A DNA stretch of 64,000 nt from Clostridia bacterium (GTDB taxonomy: Bacteria > Bacillota > Clostridia > TANB77 > CAG-465), in NCBI GenBank assembly GCA_045537895.1, contig JAZSQI010000036.1, forward strand, positions 5,157 through 69,156, read 5' to 3'. Under the pieces are notes generated by a model, which had not been told where the DNA came from, ran no database searches, and saw only the letters and a list, made by a program, of their open reading frames with translations. Each line of letters starts with the position of its first letter. Within the stretch, counting starts at the first letter, position 1. Of the stretch, positions 12,364 to 22,471 are shown piece by piece. The position numbers and the translations under genes are program-made.

Positions 12364-13017
12364 CTACAATCCTAAAATTAAATTAATTACAAATGCAACT
12401 CCCATGTATGCTGGTAATATTATGTACGAATAAAGTCCAGTCCATAAAAGAAATATTAAAATCCAAATTGAGTATTTTTCTATACTATTCATGAATTGTT
12501 TTCCTTTATATGGAAGGAAATAATATAATATTTTTGATCCATCAAATGGTGGAAGTGGTAGTAAATTAAAAACTGCGAAAATTATATTAAACTGTATAGC
12601 TATATTAAGCATATAATATAATATTTGACCAACACTTGATGTTATTGTATCTGGTGTTATTCCAAATACCCATAATAATTTAAGAACAACGGTTAGTACT
12701 ATCGCAAGTATTATATTAAATAATGGCCCTGCGAGTGACACTAGCATGTTTCCTTTTGCTCTATTTTTAAAGTTTCTATCATCTATTAATACAGGTTTTC
12801 CCCAACCAAATCTAAATAAAAGTATGAATATAAAGCCAAGTGGATCTATGTGTGCAAATGGAGAAAGCGTAAGTCTTCCTAATGCTTTTTGACTTTTATC
12901 TCCTAATTTATATGCAACAAGCGAATGACCAAATTCGTGTATAGAAAGCGATAATAATAACGCTGGTATAAAATATAGCATTTCTAAAAAACCGTCTCTT
13001 GTAAATATATCAAACAT
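12364..13017 (-). CDS. Site-2 protease family (M50) zinc metalloprotease
   Basis: HEFGH and NLLPLPPFDG motifs in a polytopic 217-aa protein. Confidence 0.85.
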   Translation of the reverse strand: MFDIFTRDGFLEMLYFIPALLLSLSIHEFGHSLVAYKLGDKSQKALGRLTLSPFAHIDPLGFIFILLFRFGWGKPVLIDDRNFKNRAKGNMLVSLAGPLFNIILAIVLTVVLKLLWVFGITPDTITSSVGQILYYMLNIAIQFNIIFAVFNLLPLPPFDGSKILYYFLPYKGKQFMNSIEKYSIWILIFLLWTGLYSYIILPAYMGVAFVINLILGL

Positions 13018-13098
13018 TAAAAATTCTCCTTATAAAAAATAAAATATCATTACACATATTATACTATATGTAATGATATTAAACAAGTATTTATTCCT

Positions 13099-14919
13099 CT
13101 ATAAATTATTTATTTTTAGCTCTTTAGCTTCTTTTTCAGCGTTCCTTCTAAATATCTCTACGCCACCTGCTGCTAAAATATATACTATAATTTTTGCTAT
13201 ATACGAAGTGTTTCCATTTACTTCTGCAAACATATATGTAAAGAAATTAACTAATATTATAATATAAAGTAGATACAATCTTTTATCTTCTATATTTCTA
13301 AATTTACTATATAATACTATTATTGCCATATTAATAGTACAAAATAGAAAGATAGATTTATCATATAATTTTATAATTTCTAAAACATTTTTTTCTTCTA
13401 TGTTACTAAATATTGATTCATAAGAGGAATAAGTCCAAAACGCTTTTTCTCTTTCCTCAATTGATATTGCCTTTTCTTTTAAAGAAGTTATATTACTTTC
13501 GTCCTTATTTATTAATTCAAAGTATGTTTTATTTCCAAATAATCCTACATCATTTACACCTGTTAATTTTATTATAAATGATGCTGATATATTAACAATG
13601 AAAAATATGGTAATAATACAAATTACAGAAATCATTCCACTTTTTATTTTTTCTTTACTTAATGAATTTATAATTACATATGCAAGTATAACTACTACAT
13701 ATAAAGTAGCTTCTGGTCTAAGTATGTTAGAAACTGAAAGCAAAACAGCAATAATAGAATATTTTAATATATTATTCATTTTACTATATCTTTTCGAGAT
13801 TAACATATATATTGCTGTTAATATAAATACTGTGAATATATGTACACTTGTTAACTTCCCACACAAAGCTGATACGTATATTCCAATGCAATATAATATA
13901 GAAACAACAATAGCAGATTTCTTACTAAATAGTTCCTTTGATATTAGGTATATAAACAAACATATAACTGCTCCATATATACAATCAAAGATATGTAGCC
14001 ATACATCACTGCCTAAAAGTCCTATTATAACAGCATCATAAATTACCATCACTGTTTGATATGCATAAGAAGCAAAATATGGTGTTATATTTATATTATT
14101 AATACCATTAACTAATTCTTTAGCTGTATTAAGTACTGTTAAAAATTCTCCCTCTTGCAAGATTTGTAATTTAATGCACATCACAAATCTTATTACAAAT
14201 GCACAAATTAATATTACAAAATGAAAATTTTTGCCTAAAAATACAAATATTTTCTTAAATATGTTATCTTTTTTCTCTTTTTTAGAATATTTATAATTTT
14301 CAATACATTCTAATATTATTTCAACTATTATAAGGAAAAACACTGCTAGTAAAAGGTTAATTATATTAAAATTCCAACAAGCAATACATATAGAAATTAT
14401 CATTATTACAAGTTGAATAATGTATCTAAAAAAATTTACTGGTGCATCAGCAATATCAAGCGCAGAATAACACTCTTTCTTTTCTTTATTTTCGGTCTTA
14501 TCATTAAATATAAATAATTTACTGAAAATATAATTTAATGCTATAACTACAAAATTAGATGCTAGTTTCATAATTAAATCGTTTATTCCCATTAAATCTA
14601 CAGAAACATACATAACTACAATATCAATAACACCTGATAATATTCTAAACCAGAAAAAAGATACTATCTCTCTAAACATTTCTGATTTCTTAGTTACTTT
14701 ACTTTCAAATACATATTTTCTATTAGTTATATATGCAAATAATACTGATACAAACCAAGCAATACTAGTTGAAACAACTAGCTCAATTCTAATTGCTTTC
14801 GCACAAATAACATATACAATATAATTAACTAGTGTTGTTAATACGCCAAAAATTATATAATTAGCAAGTTCTTTATATTTTATATAATATTTCATAAAAA
14901 TATCAAAAATCTTCTTCAT
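13099..14919 (-). CDS. GtrA-like domain fused to a large polytopic (GT-C-like) membrane domain
   Basis: The first ~135 aa have the GtrA signature (ITNRKYVF ... NYIFSKLFIF). The remaining ~470 aa contain many TM segments. Confidence 0.6.
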   Translation of the reverse strand: MKKIFDIFMKYYIKYKELANYIIFGVLTTLVNYIVYVICAKAIRIELVVSTSIAWFVSVLFAYITNRKYVFESKVTKKSEMFREIVSFFWFRILSGVIDIVVMYVSVDLMGINDLIMKLASNFVVIALNYIFSKLFIFNDKTENKEKKECYSALDIADAPVNFFRYIIQLVIMIISICIACWNFNIINLLLAVFFLIIVEIILECIENYKYSKKEKKDNIFKKIFVFLGKNFHFVILICAFVIRFVMCIKLQILQEGEFLTVLNTAKELVNGINNINITPYFASYAYQTVMVIYDAVIIGLLGSDVWLHIFDCIYGAVICLFIYLISKELFSKKSAIVVSILYCIGIYVSALCGKLTSVHIFTVFILTAIYMLISKRYSKMNNILKYSIIAVLLSVSNILRPEATLYVVVILAYVIINSLSKEKIKSGMISVICIITIFFIVNISASFIIKLTGVNDVGLFGNKTYFELINKDESNITSLKEKAISIEEREKAFWTYSSYESIFSNIEEKNVLEIIKLYDKSIFLFCTINMAIIVLYSKFRNIEDKRLYLLYIIILVNFFTYMFAEVNGNTSYIAKIIVYILAAGGVEIFRRNAEKEAKELKINNL

Positions 14920-14936
14920 AACAATACCCCATCATA

Positions 14937-16007
14937 TTATTTTTCCCAATTTAAATATTCTTTCCCAAAATGACCATAAACTGTTGTATCTGAATAATTT
15001 ACGTTTAGTAAATCTAAATCATCTATTATTCCTCTTGGTGTTAAATCGTAATTATCTTTAATATAATTTACTATTTCGCTTAACTCAATTTTCTCTGTAT
15101 TGAAACAATCAACAAATATTGATATTGGCTCTTTTACACCAATTGCATATGACAATTGTATTTCACATTTATCCACCATATTTTTTCTTACTACATCTTT
15201 TGCAATTTTTCTTGCCATATATGCTGCACTCCTATCAACCTTGGTAGGATCTTTTCCAGAAAAAGCGCCACCTCCATGATGTGCATATCCTCCATAAGTG
15301 TCTGCAATTATTTTTCTTCCTGTAACACCAGCATCTCCAATACTACCACCTATCATAAATCTTCCTGTAGGGTTTATTAATATTTTAAAATCCGTGTTCA
15401 TATCATATTCTTTTGCAGTATATATCATAATTTTAGTTACTATTTCTTTAACTTCTTCAAGAGATGTTTCCTCTTTATGCTGCGTTGATATAAGGAAAGT
15501 ATCTATTCTGCTTGGCACATTGTCTATATATTCTATCGTAACTTGTGCTTTTGCATCTGGAAGAAGTTTATCGCTATTTAACTTTTTCAAATTAACTAAA
15601 GCTTTATTTGCTATAGACCAAGCAATTGGCATCATCTCTTTCGTCTCATTAGTAGCATAGCCAAACATTATTCCTTGGTCTCCAGCTCCACCAATATCAA
15701 CTCCCATTGCAATATCCGGTGATTGTCTGTCTAACAAATTTGTTATAATATACTTATCTTTATTTGGAACACCAACATATGTTAATACCTCATCTAGAAC
15801 TTGATATAAAATCTCATCAGTTATATCAAATTTAGTAGTAACTTCTCCTGCTATTATAACATCATAATTTTTCATCATAACTTCAGTTGCTACCCTGCTT
15901 GCCTTATCATATTGCAAACATAAATCAAGTATTTTATCTGCTATTTGATCACACATTTTATCAGGATGTCCACAAGATACTTGTTCACTTGTTACGTATT
16001 TTTTCAT
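14937..16007 (-). CDS. metK: S-adenosylmethionine synthetase, compact divergent form
   Basis: GHPDK, GAGDQG, GGGAFSGKDPTKVDRS and AYMARK motifs. About 356 aa. The ATG at 16007 follows a GAGGTG SD. Confidence 0.85.
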   Translation of the reverse strand: MKKYVTSEQVSCGHPDKMCDQIADKILDLCLQYDKASRVATEVMMKNYDVIIAGEVTTKFDITDEILYQVLDEVLTYVGVPNKDKYIITNLLDRQSPDIAMGVDIGGAGDQGIMFGYATNETKEMMPIAWSIANKALVNLKKLNSDKLLPDAKAQVTIEYIDNVPSRIDTFLISTQHKEETSLEEVKEIVTKIMIYTAKEYDMNTDFKILINPTGRFMIGGSIGDAGVTGRKIIADTYGGYAHHGGGAFSGKDPTKVDRSAAYMARKIAKDVVRKNMVDKCEIQLSYAIGVKEPISIFVDCFNTEKIELSEIVNYIKDNYDLTPRGIIDDLDLLNVNYSDTTVYGHFGKEYLNWEK

Positions 16008-16023
16008 ATACACTTTTCACCTC

Positions 16024-17427
16024 TTACCATTCTTTAGCTACTATTTTATCTAGTCCAAAATAAATACGAATATTTTCATTAGTCCAATATGCTGTAGTTG
16101 TTGACAAATCAGCCAATCCATCAAGACCACAATATTTATTATTTACAGCTATTTTATACACTTCTAACTCTAAATTTCCTTTTCCTTTTTCACTTTCAAT
16201 ATATTCTATTCTTTGATTCCATTCATAATTTACTCTTGATGATTCTCTAAACGCATACCAATAATCTTTAAGTGCAATTACTATAAATATTGTAAGTAAC
16301 ATATATGACATGTTTTTTACTAAACTATTATTTTCATCAAACTCAGCATAAACTGTCCCTATCGCAATAATTATATATACTATAACACCTGTCCAAGCTC
16401 TATATGGAAAATCTGGTGAAAGTATCATGCTATATATTGCAGCTAATGTTCCAATAAAAAATATAACTGATGTAGTTAGCTTATTATTTTGATATCTACT
16501 CACAATAGCTGTAATAAAATAAATAACAACTAATGGTAATACTATTTCACAAGCTAACAAAGAATAATCAACTATCCTATTAATAATAGTAATAATAAAC
16601 GGTATTTGTTCTTTAAATTCTTCTGCTCTAACATAATTTCCAGGAGCAGCAATCATTATTACAAAGCCTATTATTAATCCAATAAATGCTATTATATCAA
16701 CCCTATTTATTTTAATATTACTTCTTTTAAATTGTATTAAATACAAAAATACTATAACTATTGCAGCTGCTGCAGTATTTTCGTTTGTCCATCCTGCAAG
16801 GACGCCAAATATAAAAGCTGGTATTAAAAGTAAATTTTTATGGTTATATTCTTTTTTACCTACAAGTCTTATTTTATACATAAGTAGAAATGCTAAAACA
16901 ATTGTTATTCCATACATATAATTTGCACTTCCAGTCACCCATAAAAAGGCTTGTCCAAAAGCAGGAACTCCAAACCAAACTAACAAAAATATTCCTAAAA
17001 ACAATAACAGATTTGTCTTTTTACCATAATTACAATTTAAATATATTAAAAATACAAATATCAAAAAGACTGCTGTATTTAATATATTTATGTATGTTTT
17101 TGATATCATCAACATAACTTGAGCTATAAAATGAACTATACTTCTTCCTCCCCAAGTCATATAATGAGTAACCTGAGATTTAAAAATATCAGCAATACTA
17201 GTTACTCTGTCTGTTGTTCCAAATATAAAAGAATAACTATAATCATCTGCGGCCATTGGAGTATTGCAATTTAGTACCCAAATTAATAATCCAATTACTA
17301 CTATTGAAAGAAAAATAAAAATTTTCTTCCTTTTACTTATAAAATCAGTTATTTTTTCATAATACGAAAGCAACCATTTAATAGCCATTTTAAGAAAAAT
17401 TTCCACTTTATTTATCAAGTTAATCAC
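16024..17427 (-). CDS. Polytopic membrane protein, possibly an extracytoplasmic glycosyltransferase (DUF6056-like)
   Basis: 467 aa with more than 10 TM segments. The first-loop motif PMAADDYSYSF recalls GT-C-type proteins found in cell-wall polysaccharide loci. The family assignment is from memory only. Confidence 0.4.
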   Translation of the reverse strand: MINLINKVEIFLKMAIKWLLSYYEKITDFISKRKKIFIFLSIVVIGLLIWVLNCNTPMAADDYSYSFIFGTTDRVTSIADIFKSQVTHYMTWGGRSIVHFIAQVMLMISKTYINILNTAVFLIFVFLIYLNCNYGKKTNLLLFLGIFLLVWFGVPAFGQAFLWVTGSANYMYGITIVLAFLLMYKIRLVGKKEYNHKNLLLIPAFIFGVLAGWTNENTAAAAIVIVFLYLIQFKRSNIKINRVDIIAFIGLIIGFVIMIAAPGNYVRAEEFKEQIPFIITIINRIVDYSLLACEIVLPLVVIYFITAIVSRYQNNKLTTSVIFFIGTLAAIYSMILSPDFPYRAWTGVIVYIIIAIGTVYAEFDENNSLVKNMSYMLLTIFIVIALKDYWYAFRESSRVNYEWNQRIEYIESEKGKGNLELEVYKIAVNNKYCGLDGLADLSTTTAYWTNENIRIYFGLDKIVAKEW

Positions 17428-17454
17428 TTCCTTACATTATATATCTGTATTTTC

Positions 17455-19011
17455 TTAAGCTTCTTTACGTCTTCTTAAGATTTTTGATAAAAATGTTTTT
17501 AACAAATCAAAAAAGTATTTAAACTCATTTGTCTTTACAAATAATATTAAATACATAATATTAGGTATCAATATTACTGTAATAATAGCAACTATCAATT
17601 GAATAATATCACTCGTAATCATTAGTCTTTCTGATGCAAAATCAAACAAAATATGCGATAAAACTACTGACACAAAAGCTACAAAAGCATATTTTAAATA
17701 TAATTTGTAATATTCCAATATATTTCTATTAAATACTTTTTTATACACAAAGTATGGTAAACTATAAAATACTACTATTAAAGAACTCATAAATGTTCCT
17801 ATAAATATTCCAACCATACCAAATAATTCAACGAATATTATAGAAAATACTATATTAAGTACTGATTCTATAATTGGAACAAACCTATCTTCATAATATA
17901 TTCCTGCAGCATCTTTATATGTTCCAATTGAAGCTCTCATTCCTGTCATATAAAAATTAATTACTAATATTATTAAAATACTATTTGCAAGCAAATATTC
18001 TGAACCCAACCAAATAGTAACAAACGGTTCCATCATCACATACATTGCTGCAGAAGCGAAGCCATATATCCAAAAATTAAGAAACATTATCTTTTTGAAG
18101 ATATCATATGACTTTTCCTTAGATTCTTTTACTAGTAGATTCCCTACACTAGCTGTAATCGCCGTAAAAATTTGTGATATAAAAGTTGCTGTTGAATTTA
18201 TTATTAAATAATAATTCGAATACAATCCTACTTCAACAATACCAACAAATTTTGATATTAATATATTATCTGTTCCCATTACAACAAATCCACCTATTTT
18301 GTGGAAAACTAAACCTTTTACTTTTTTAAATATAGATTTTTTCTCTTTTTCATCAATATCTTCTACTTTTTTTTCTTTTATATAGCTATACTTATGGTTT
18401 GCATATATGTTAATTAATACATTTTCAATTACTCTAAATACTATTTTTATAATTAGATATATAAAATAATCTTTTTTTACTAATAAGAAACATATTTGCA
18501 ATACACTCATTATAAAATACACTATCCCGTGAATTAAGTTAATAATTCTAACTTTCTGATCAGCTTGGATTATTGATCTTTTATATGAGCAGATGTATGA
18601 TAACGCTGCATCTATTATAAATAGTAAAAATATTCCATATACACCTGAAAAACTCATTTCTATATTCGTATCAACAAAGTATTTTATAAAAGGCATTGTA
18701 CATAATCCAATAGCAAATATTAATAATGCAATTATTGTATAACACTTTTTATAAAACTTAAGTATCGATTTTACCTTTTCTTTATTATCTTCTGCTAGAG
18801 GGCCATAAAGACTATATATTATAGCTGGCCCTATACCTAACTCTACAATTGCAAGCATTGATACTATATTTGTAAATAATCCATTTATGCCTAGATATTC
18901 AGTTCCTAAGGTTTTGACAAATATTGTTTGTGAAACAAATCCTATCACCATAATTAAAATGTTGGATAACATTGCTATAGCAGAATTCTTTATAGAATTG
19001 TTTACTCTCAT
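17455..19011 (-). CDS. Oligosaccharide flippase (Wzx, MOP superfamily)
   Basis: 518 aa with ~14 TM segments. The N-terminal pattern is typical of polysaccharide biosynthesis proteins. Overlaps the upstream gene by 4 nt. Confidence 0.75.
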   Translation of the reverse strand: MRVNNSIKNSAIAMLSNILIMVIGFVSQTIFVKTLGTEYLGINGLFTNIVSMLAIVELGIGPAIIYSLYGPLAEDNKEKVKSILKFYKKCYTIIALLIFAIGLCTMPFIKYFVDTNIEMSFSGVYGIFLLFIIDAALSYICSYKRSIIQADQKVRIINLIHGIVYFIMSVLQICFLLVKKDYFIYLIIKIVFRVIENVLINIYANHKYSYIKEKKVEDIDEKEKKSIFKKVKGLVFHKIGGFVVMGTDNILISKFVGIVEVGLYSNYYLIINSTATFISQIFTAITASVGNLLVKESKEKSYDIFKKIMFLNFWIYGFASAAMYVMMEPFVTIWLGSEYLLANSILIILVINFYMTGMRASIGTYKDAAGIYYEDRFVPIIESVLNIVFSIIFVELFGMVGIFIGTFMSSLIVVFYSLPYFVYKKVFNRNILEYYKLYLKYAFVAFVSVVLSHILFDFASERLMITSDIIQLIVAIITVILIPNIMYLILFVKTNEFKYFFDLLKTFLSKILRRRKEA

Positions 19012-22000
19012 TTACTACTCTCCTGTTTTTTAAATAAATCTTTAAGTTTTTTAGCAAAAATTCCAATTTTTATGCTTAATGTGCTTGTTTGTAAATCAAT
19101 AGCTATATCTTTTAAACTTTTACTATCTTTAACTGCATCATAATAACCATAATAATGACTTAATCTACCTTTTATAGATACATAGCTATATCTTATATTA
19201 TTTCTTATAAATAGCAAATATCCTTTCGGATTTCTCTTATATAAGCCCATTCCTTGATTAGTAAGACCGTCATTTAAGTAATCACATATGTATATTATAT
19301 CCTTGAACCATCTAATTTTATATCCAGTTCCACCTATTTTATTCCAAACCACATTCTCAGATACAAATTTTTCTCCTTCTATTTCAGGGAATTTATATCT
19401 TCTTAATAAATCAGTATAGTATACCTCTGCTTTGTCGCCTAAAAGATTATTAATATTTCTTTCATTATTTGGACAGTCTAAATATTTTTTATTTAACTTT
19501 AGTCCAATAGTTTTTTCTAAGCTATATCCTCTAAATCCTGATATTCCTGCAAAATTTTCTTCATTTTTTATAGTCTCTTCAAATTTAAATACTTTTTCAA
19601 TAGAATCATTTGTTAAGTAGTCATCCGAATCTACAATAAAGAACATTTTTCCTTTAGCTAAATCAAGACCTTTATTTATTGCCCTTTGCTTACCACCGTT
19701 TTTAACTTTAACGTAATTTATATTAAAATCATTTTTCTCTTTTAACCATTTACTAAATAATTCTTCTGTATTATCCTTACTTCCATCATCTATAACTAAC
19801 CACTCAAAATCTTTAATAGTTTGCGATTTTAATGAATCATATAACCTTTCTAATGTATAAGCCCTGTTATACGCTGGAGTAAAAACGGTACAGAAAACCT
19901 CACCTTGTTTTTTTATTGGACTTTTAATATCAAACACCTTTTCAATTTCATTAATAGTATTGTTAATATTAAAAATCTCTTTCCTTTCTATAGAATCATG
20001 TTTCATTTTCAATAATAGTTTTTTATCTGATAATATCTGTTTTATTCCAGAATATATACCTTCAAAACTATTATCTACAATTAATCCGTATTTTCCGTTA
20101 TCAAGAATATTTAAAGGTCCTGAAGTGTTGGTGCTTAGTACAGGGACATCTAGCACAATAGCTTCTGCTAATGCCAAACTGAATCCTTCTACAAGTGAAG
20201 ATGATATAAATAAATCAGCTTGCTTCACATATTTATATGGATTTTTTACAAATCCTAGTAATTTGATAAAATTGTTTAATTTATTTTCTTCTATGTATTT
20301 TTCTAATTTTTTTCTCTCAGTTCCTTCACCTATTATTAAAAGTTCAATATTGTTATATTCATCTTTTAATTTATTAATAACTTCACAAAGTCTCATATAA
20401 CCTTTTGGTTCAGTTAATCGTCCTACAGTAGCTATAGTAAATTTATTTTTGTCTTTTATATATTCGCATTCTTCATTTGATTTCTTTACAATTTGTTCTT
20501 TATCAATAGGATTATATATAGTTATTGTATCTTGGTACAAATTTGTTAAATTACAAAAATTTTCCTTTGAACTATCTGATACGCATATTACTTTATCGAA
20601 GTTTTGATAACCTGATATAATTTTCTTTTTATTTTTAAACAAAAATGGGCTTATACCTTTTTCTGATATATCGGTATGGAACCATGCTATTTTAGTGGCA
20701 CTGCTATTACTTCCAGATATTACCTTAGTTGAAAGAAATTCTAGAAATGTAATTTCTACATCATACCTTTTTTCTATAAACAAATTATATATAAATCTAC
20801 TAGGCAAATATTTTATAAGTCTATTAACAATCCTTTTCTTCCATATATTAGGTCTTTTTATGACTGAAGTGTAACATATAGCCTCATTTAATTGTTCCCT
20901 ATATACTCCCTCATTATATATAGTCTTTACTTCTATATTATATTTTTCCATATTTAAATTGTTTGTAACATCAATTAATACTTTTTCTGCTCCACCTTCT
21001 GCTAAACTATCAATCAGTATTAATACATCTTTTTTATTTTTATCTGTGTTTTTTTCACTCAATTTAATAAGTCTATCTACATTACAAATAGAGGTCCAAA
21101 AAATTGGTACTACAAATAACGAAAAGAAATATAATAAATTAGAATCAGATAGATTTATTGCTAATATACTTATGATTAGACAAACATATGACAGTATTAA
21201 ATTATATAATGACTCACAATTCTTTTTATATTTCAATAAATATTTTAAATAATCTATTCCTTTTATTATAAAATATGAAACAAATACTATAAATGCAAAA
21301 ATACCATGCCCTGCTAATATTTGTAAGAAAATATTATGAATATTTTCGGATAATCTAGGCTTTATTTTTACAGTTCTTTCTGTCATATATTTATTTGCAA
21401 CTTGATTAACATTTTTTATACCTACTCCAAATAGAGGTTTTTCTGAGAAAGTTTTTAATCCTGCTTTCCATAATTCAAATCTACCATTGGATGTGTCTCC
21501 ACTGCTATTTGGTTTTCTTTGGACACTGTTAATTGTATTATTTCCAATTTCTTTCCCATCTATCTTTATAAAACTAAATAAATTTGAAACAAGTGGCATA
21601 CTATATTTTAAAGCCATTGATATAATAAACACACATACAAATGCAACTATAGTTTTTCTTACCAACTTTAATTTATTATTTAAACAATATCTCACAATAG
21701 TTTGTTCATCATTTTTACTTTTTATGGCAGTATTTAGTATATAATATATAATTATGGAAATTATTGAACCCAACATAGATGATCTAGAATTTGATAATAA
21801 AACACAAATCCATTGTATAACAATATTAGTATATAGTATTGTTTTGTTTTGTTTTTTCCCTAATATTTTATTAATGTGTAATAAAATCAAACTATTCCAA
21901 ATGGAAAACAATGAAAAATGGCCTAAAGTATTTGGATTTCCATAAATACTCCATAACCTTCCTTCAAATGTACCTATCAACATTTTATGATAGCCATTAT

Positions 22001-22469
22001 TAACTGAAAATTTAAATCCTGCAATATAAATAACAATAGATACTATTGAACATACCATCGTTAAAATAACTATCAAATAAGAATATGTTTTTAATTCTTT
22101 TAATAAACTCTTTAAGTTAAAATTTTTATTACTATATATAGTCATACAAAATGTTTGCACAAACATATAGAATACATTTACAACATTAGCAACTAAATTA
22201 CTTTTATAATTTGTTAAACAGCCTATACCAGCTATAACTATCATAATTAACAATAAATAATTTTTTTTATTAATAGTTAATTCTTTTCTCTTTATTAAAT
22301 CATATAGCACAATAACTACAGCCCATACAAGAAATATTTTTATAACAGAACTCATAAAAGCTGATGTAAATGGAAATGTATATAGAAAACATGCCACAAG
22401 AAAAACAAGTTTAAAATTCTTTACATCAGTTAACATATTTACTAACTTCTTAAATGTTTTTATTATCAC
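19008..22469 (-). CDS. Three-domain fusion: O-antigen ligase/polymerase-like membrane domain, then GT4, then GT2 glycosyltransferase
   Basis: aa 1-470 are polytopic, with LSNSRSSMLG and GNPNTLGHF motifs. The middle domain has the GT4 motif SSLVEGFSLALAEA. The C-terminal domain has the GT2 motifs VFTPAYNR, VIDDGSKDNT and DSDD. Confidence 0.7.
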   Translation of the reverse strand: MIIKTFKKLVNMLTDVKNFKLVFLVACFLYTFPFTSAFMSSVIKIFLVWAVVIVLYDLIKRKELTINKKNYLLLIMIVIAGIGCLTNYKSNLVANVVNVFYMFVQTFCMTIYSNKNFNLKSLLKELKTYSYLIVILTMVCSIVSIVIYIAGFKFSVNNGYHKMLIGTFEGRLWSIYGNPNTLGHFSLFSIWNSLILLHINKILGKKQNKTILYTNIVIQWICVLLSNSRSSMLGSIISIIIYYILNTAIKSKNDEQTIVRYCLNNKLKLVRKTIVAFVCVFIISMALKYSMPLVSNLFSFIKIDGKEIGNNTINSVQRKPNSSGDTSNGRFELWKAGLKTFSEKPLFGVGIKNVNQVANKYMTERTVKIKPRLSENIHNIFLQILAGHGIFAFIVFVSYFIIKGIDYLKYLLKYKKNCESLYNLILSYVCLIISILAINLSDSNLLYFFSLFVVPIFWTSICNVDRLIKLSEKNTDKNKKDVLILIDSLAEGGAEKVLIDVTNNLNMEKYNIEVKTIYNEGVYREQLNEAICYTSVIKRPNIWKKRIVNRLIKYLPSRFIYNLFIEKRYDVEITFLEFLSTKVISGSNSSATKIAWFHTDISEKGISPFLFKNKKKIISGYQNFDKVICVSDSSKENFCNLTNLYQDTITIYNPIDKEQIVKKSNEECEYIKDKNKFTIATVGRLTEPKGYMRLCEVINKLKDEYNNIELLIIGEGTERKKLEKYIEENKLNNFIKLLGFVKNPYKYVKQADLFISSSLVEGFSLALAEAIVLDVPVLSTNTSGPLNILDNGKYGLIVDNSFEGIYSGIKQILSDKKLLLKMKHDSIERKEIFNINNTINEIEKVFDIKSPIKKQGEVFCTVFTPAYNRAYTLERLYDSLKSQTIKDFEWLVIDDGSKDNTEELFSKWLKEKNDFNINYVKVKNGGKQRAINKGLDLAKGKMFFIVDSDDYLTNDSIEKVFKFEETIKNEENFAGISGFRGYSLEKTIGLKLNKKYLDCPNNERNINNLLGDKAEVYYTDLLRRYKFPEIEGEKFVSENVVWNKIGGTGYKIRWFKDIIYICDYLNDGLTNQGMGLYKRNPKGYLLFIRNNIRYSYVSIKGRLSHYYGYYDAVKDSKSLKDIAIDLQTSTLSIKIGIFAKKLKDLFKKQESSK

Positions 22470-22471
22470 AA

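Noticed and set aside
16008-16023. SAM-I (S-box) riboswitch upstream of metK.
   Set aside because: Only 10-16 nt separate metK from the preceding ORF, so there is no room for a riboswitch.
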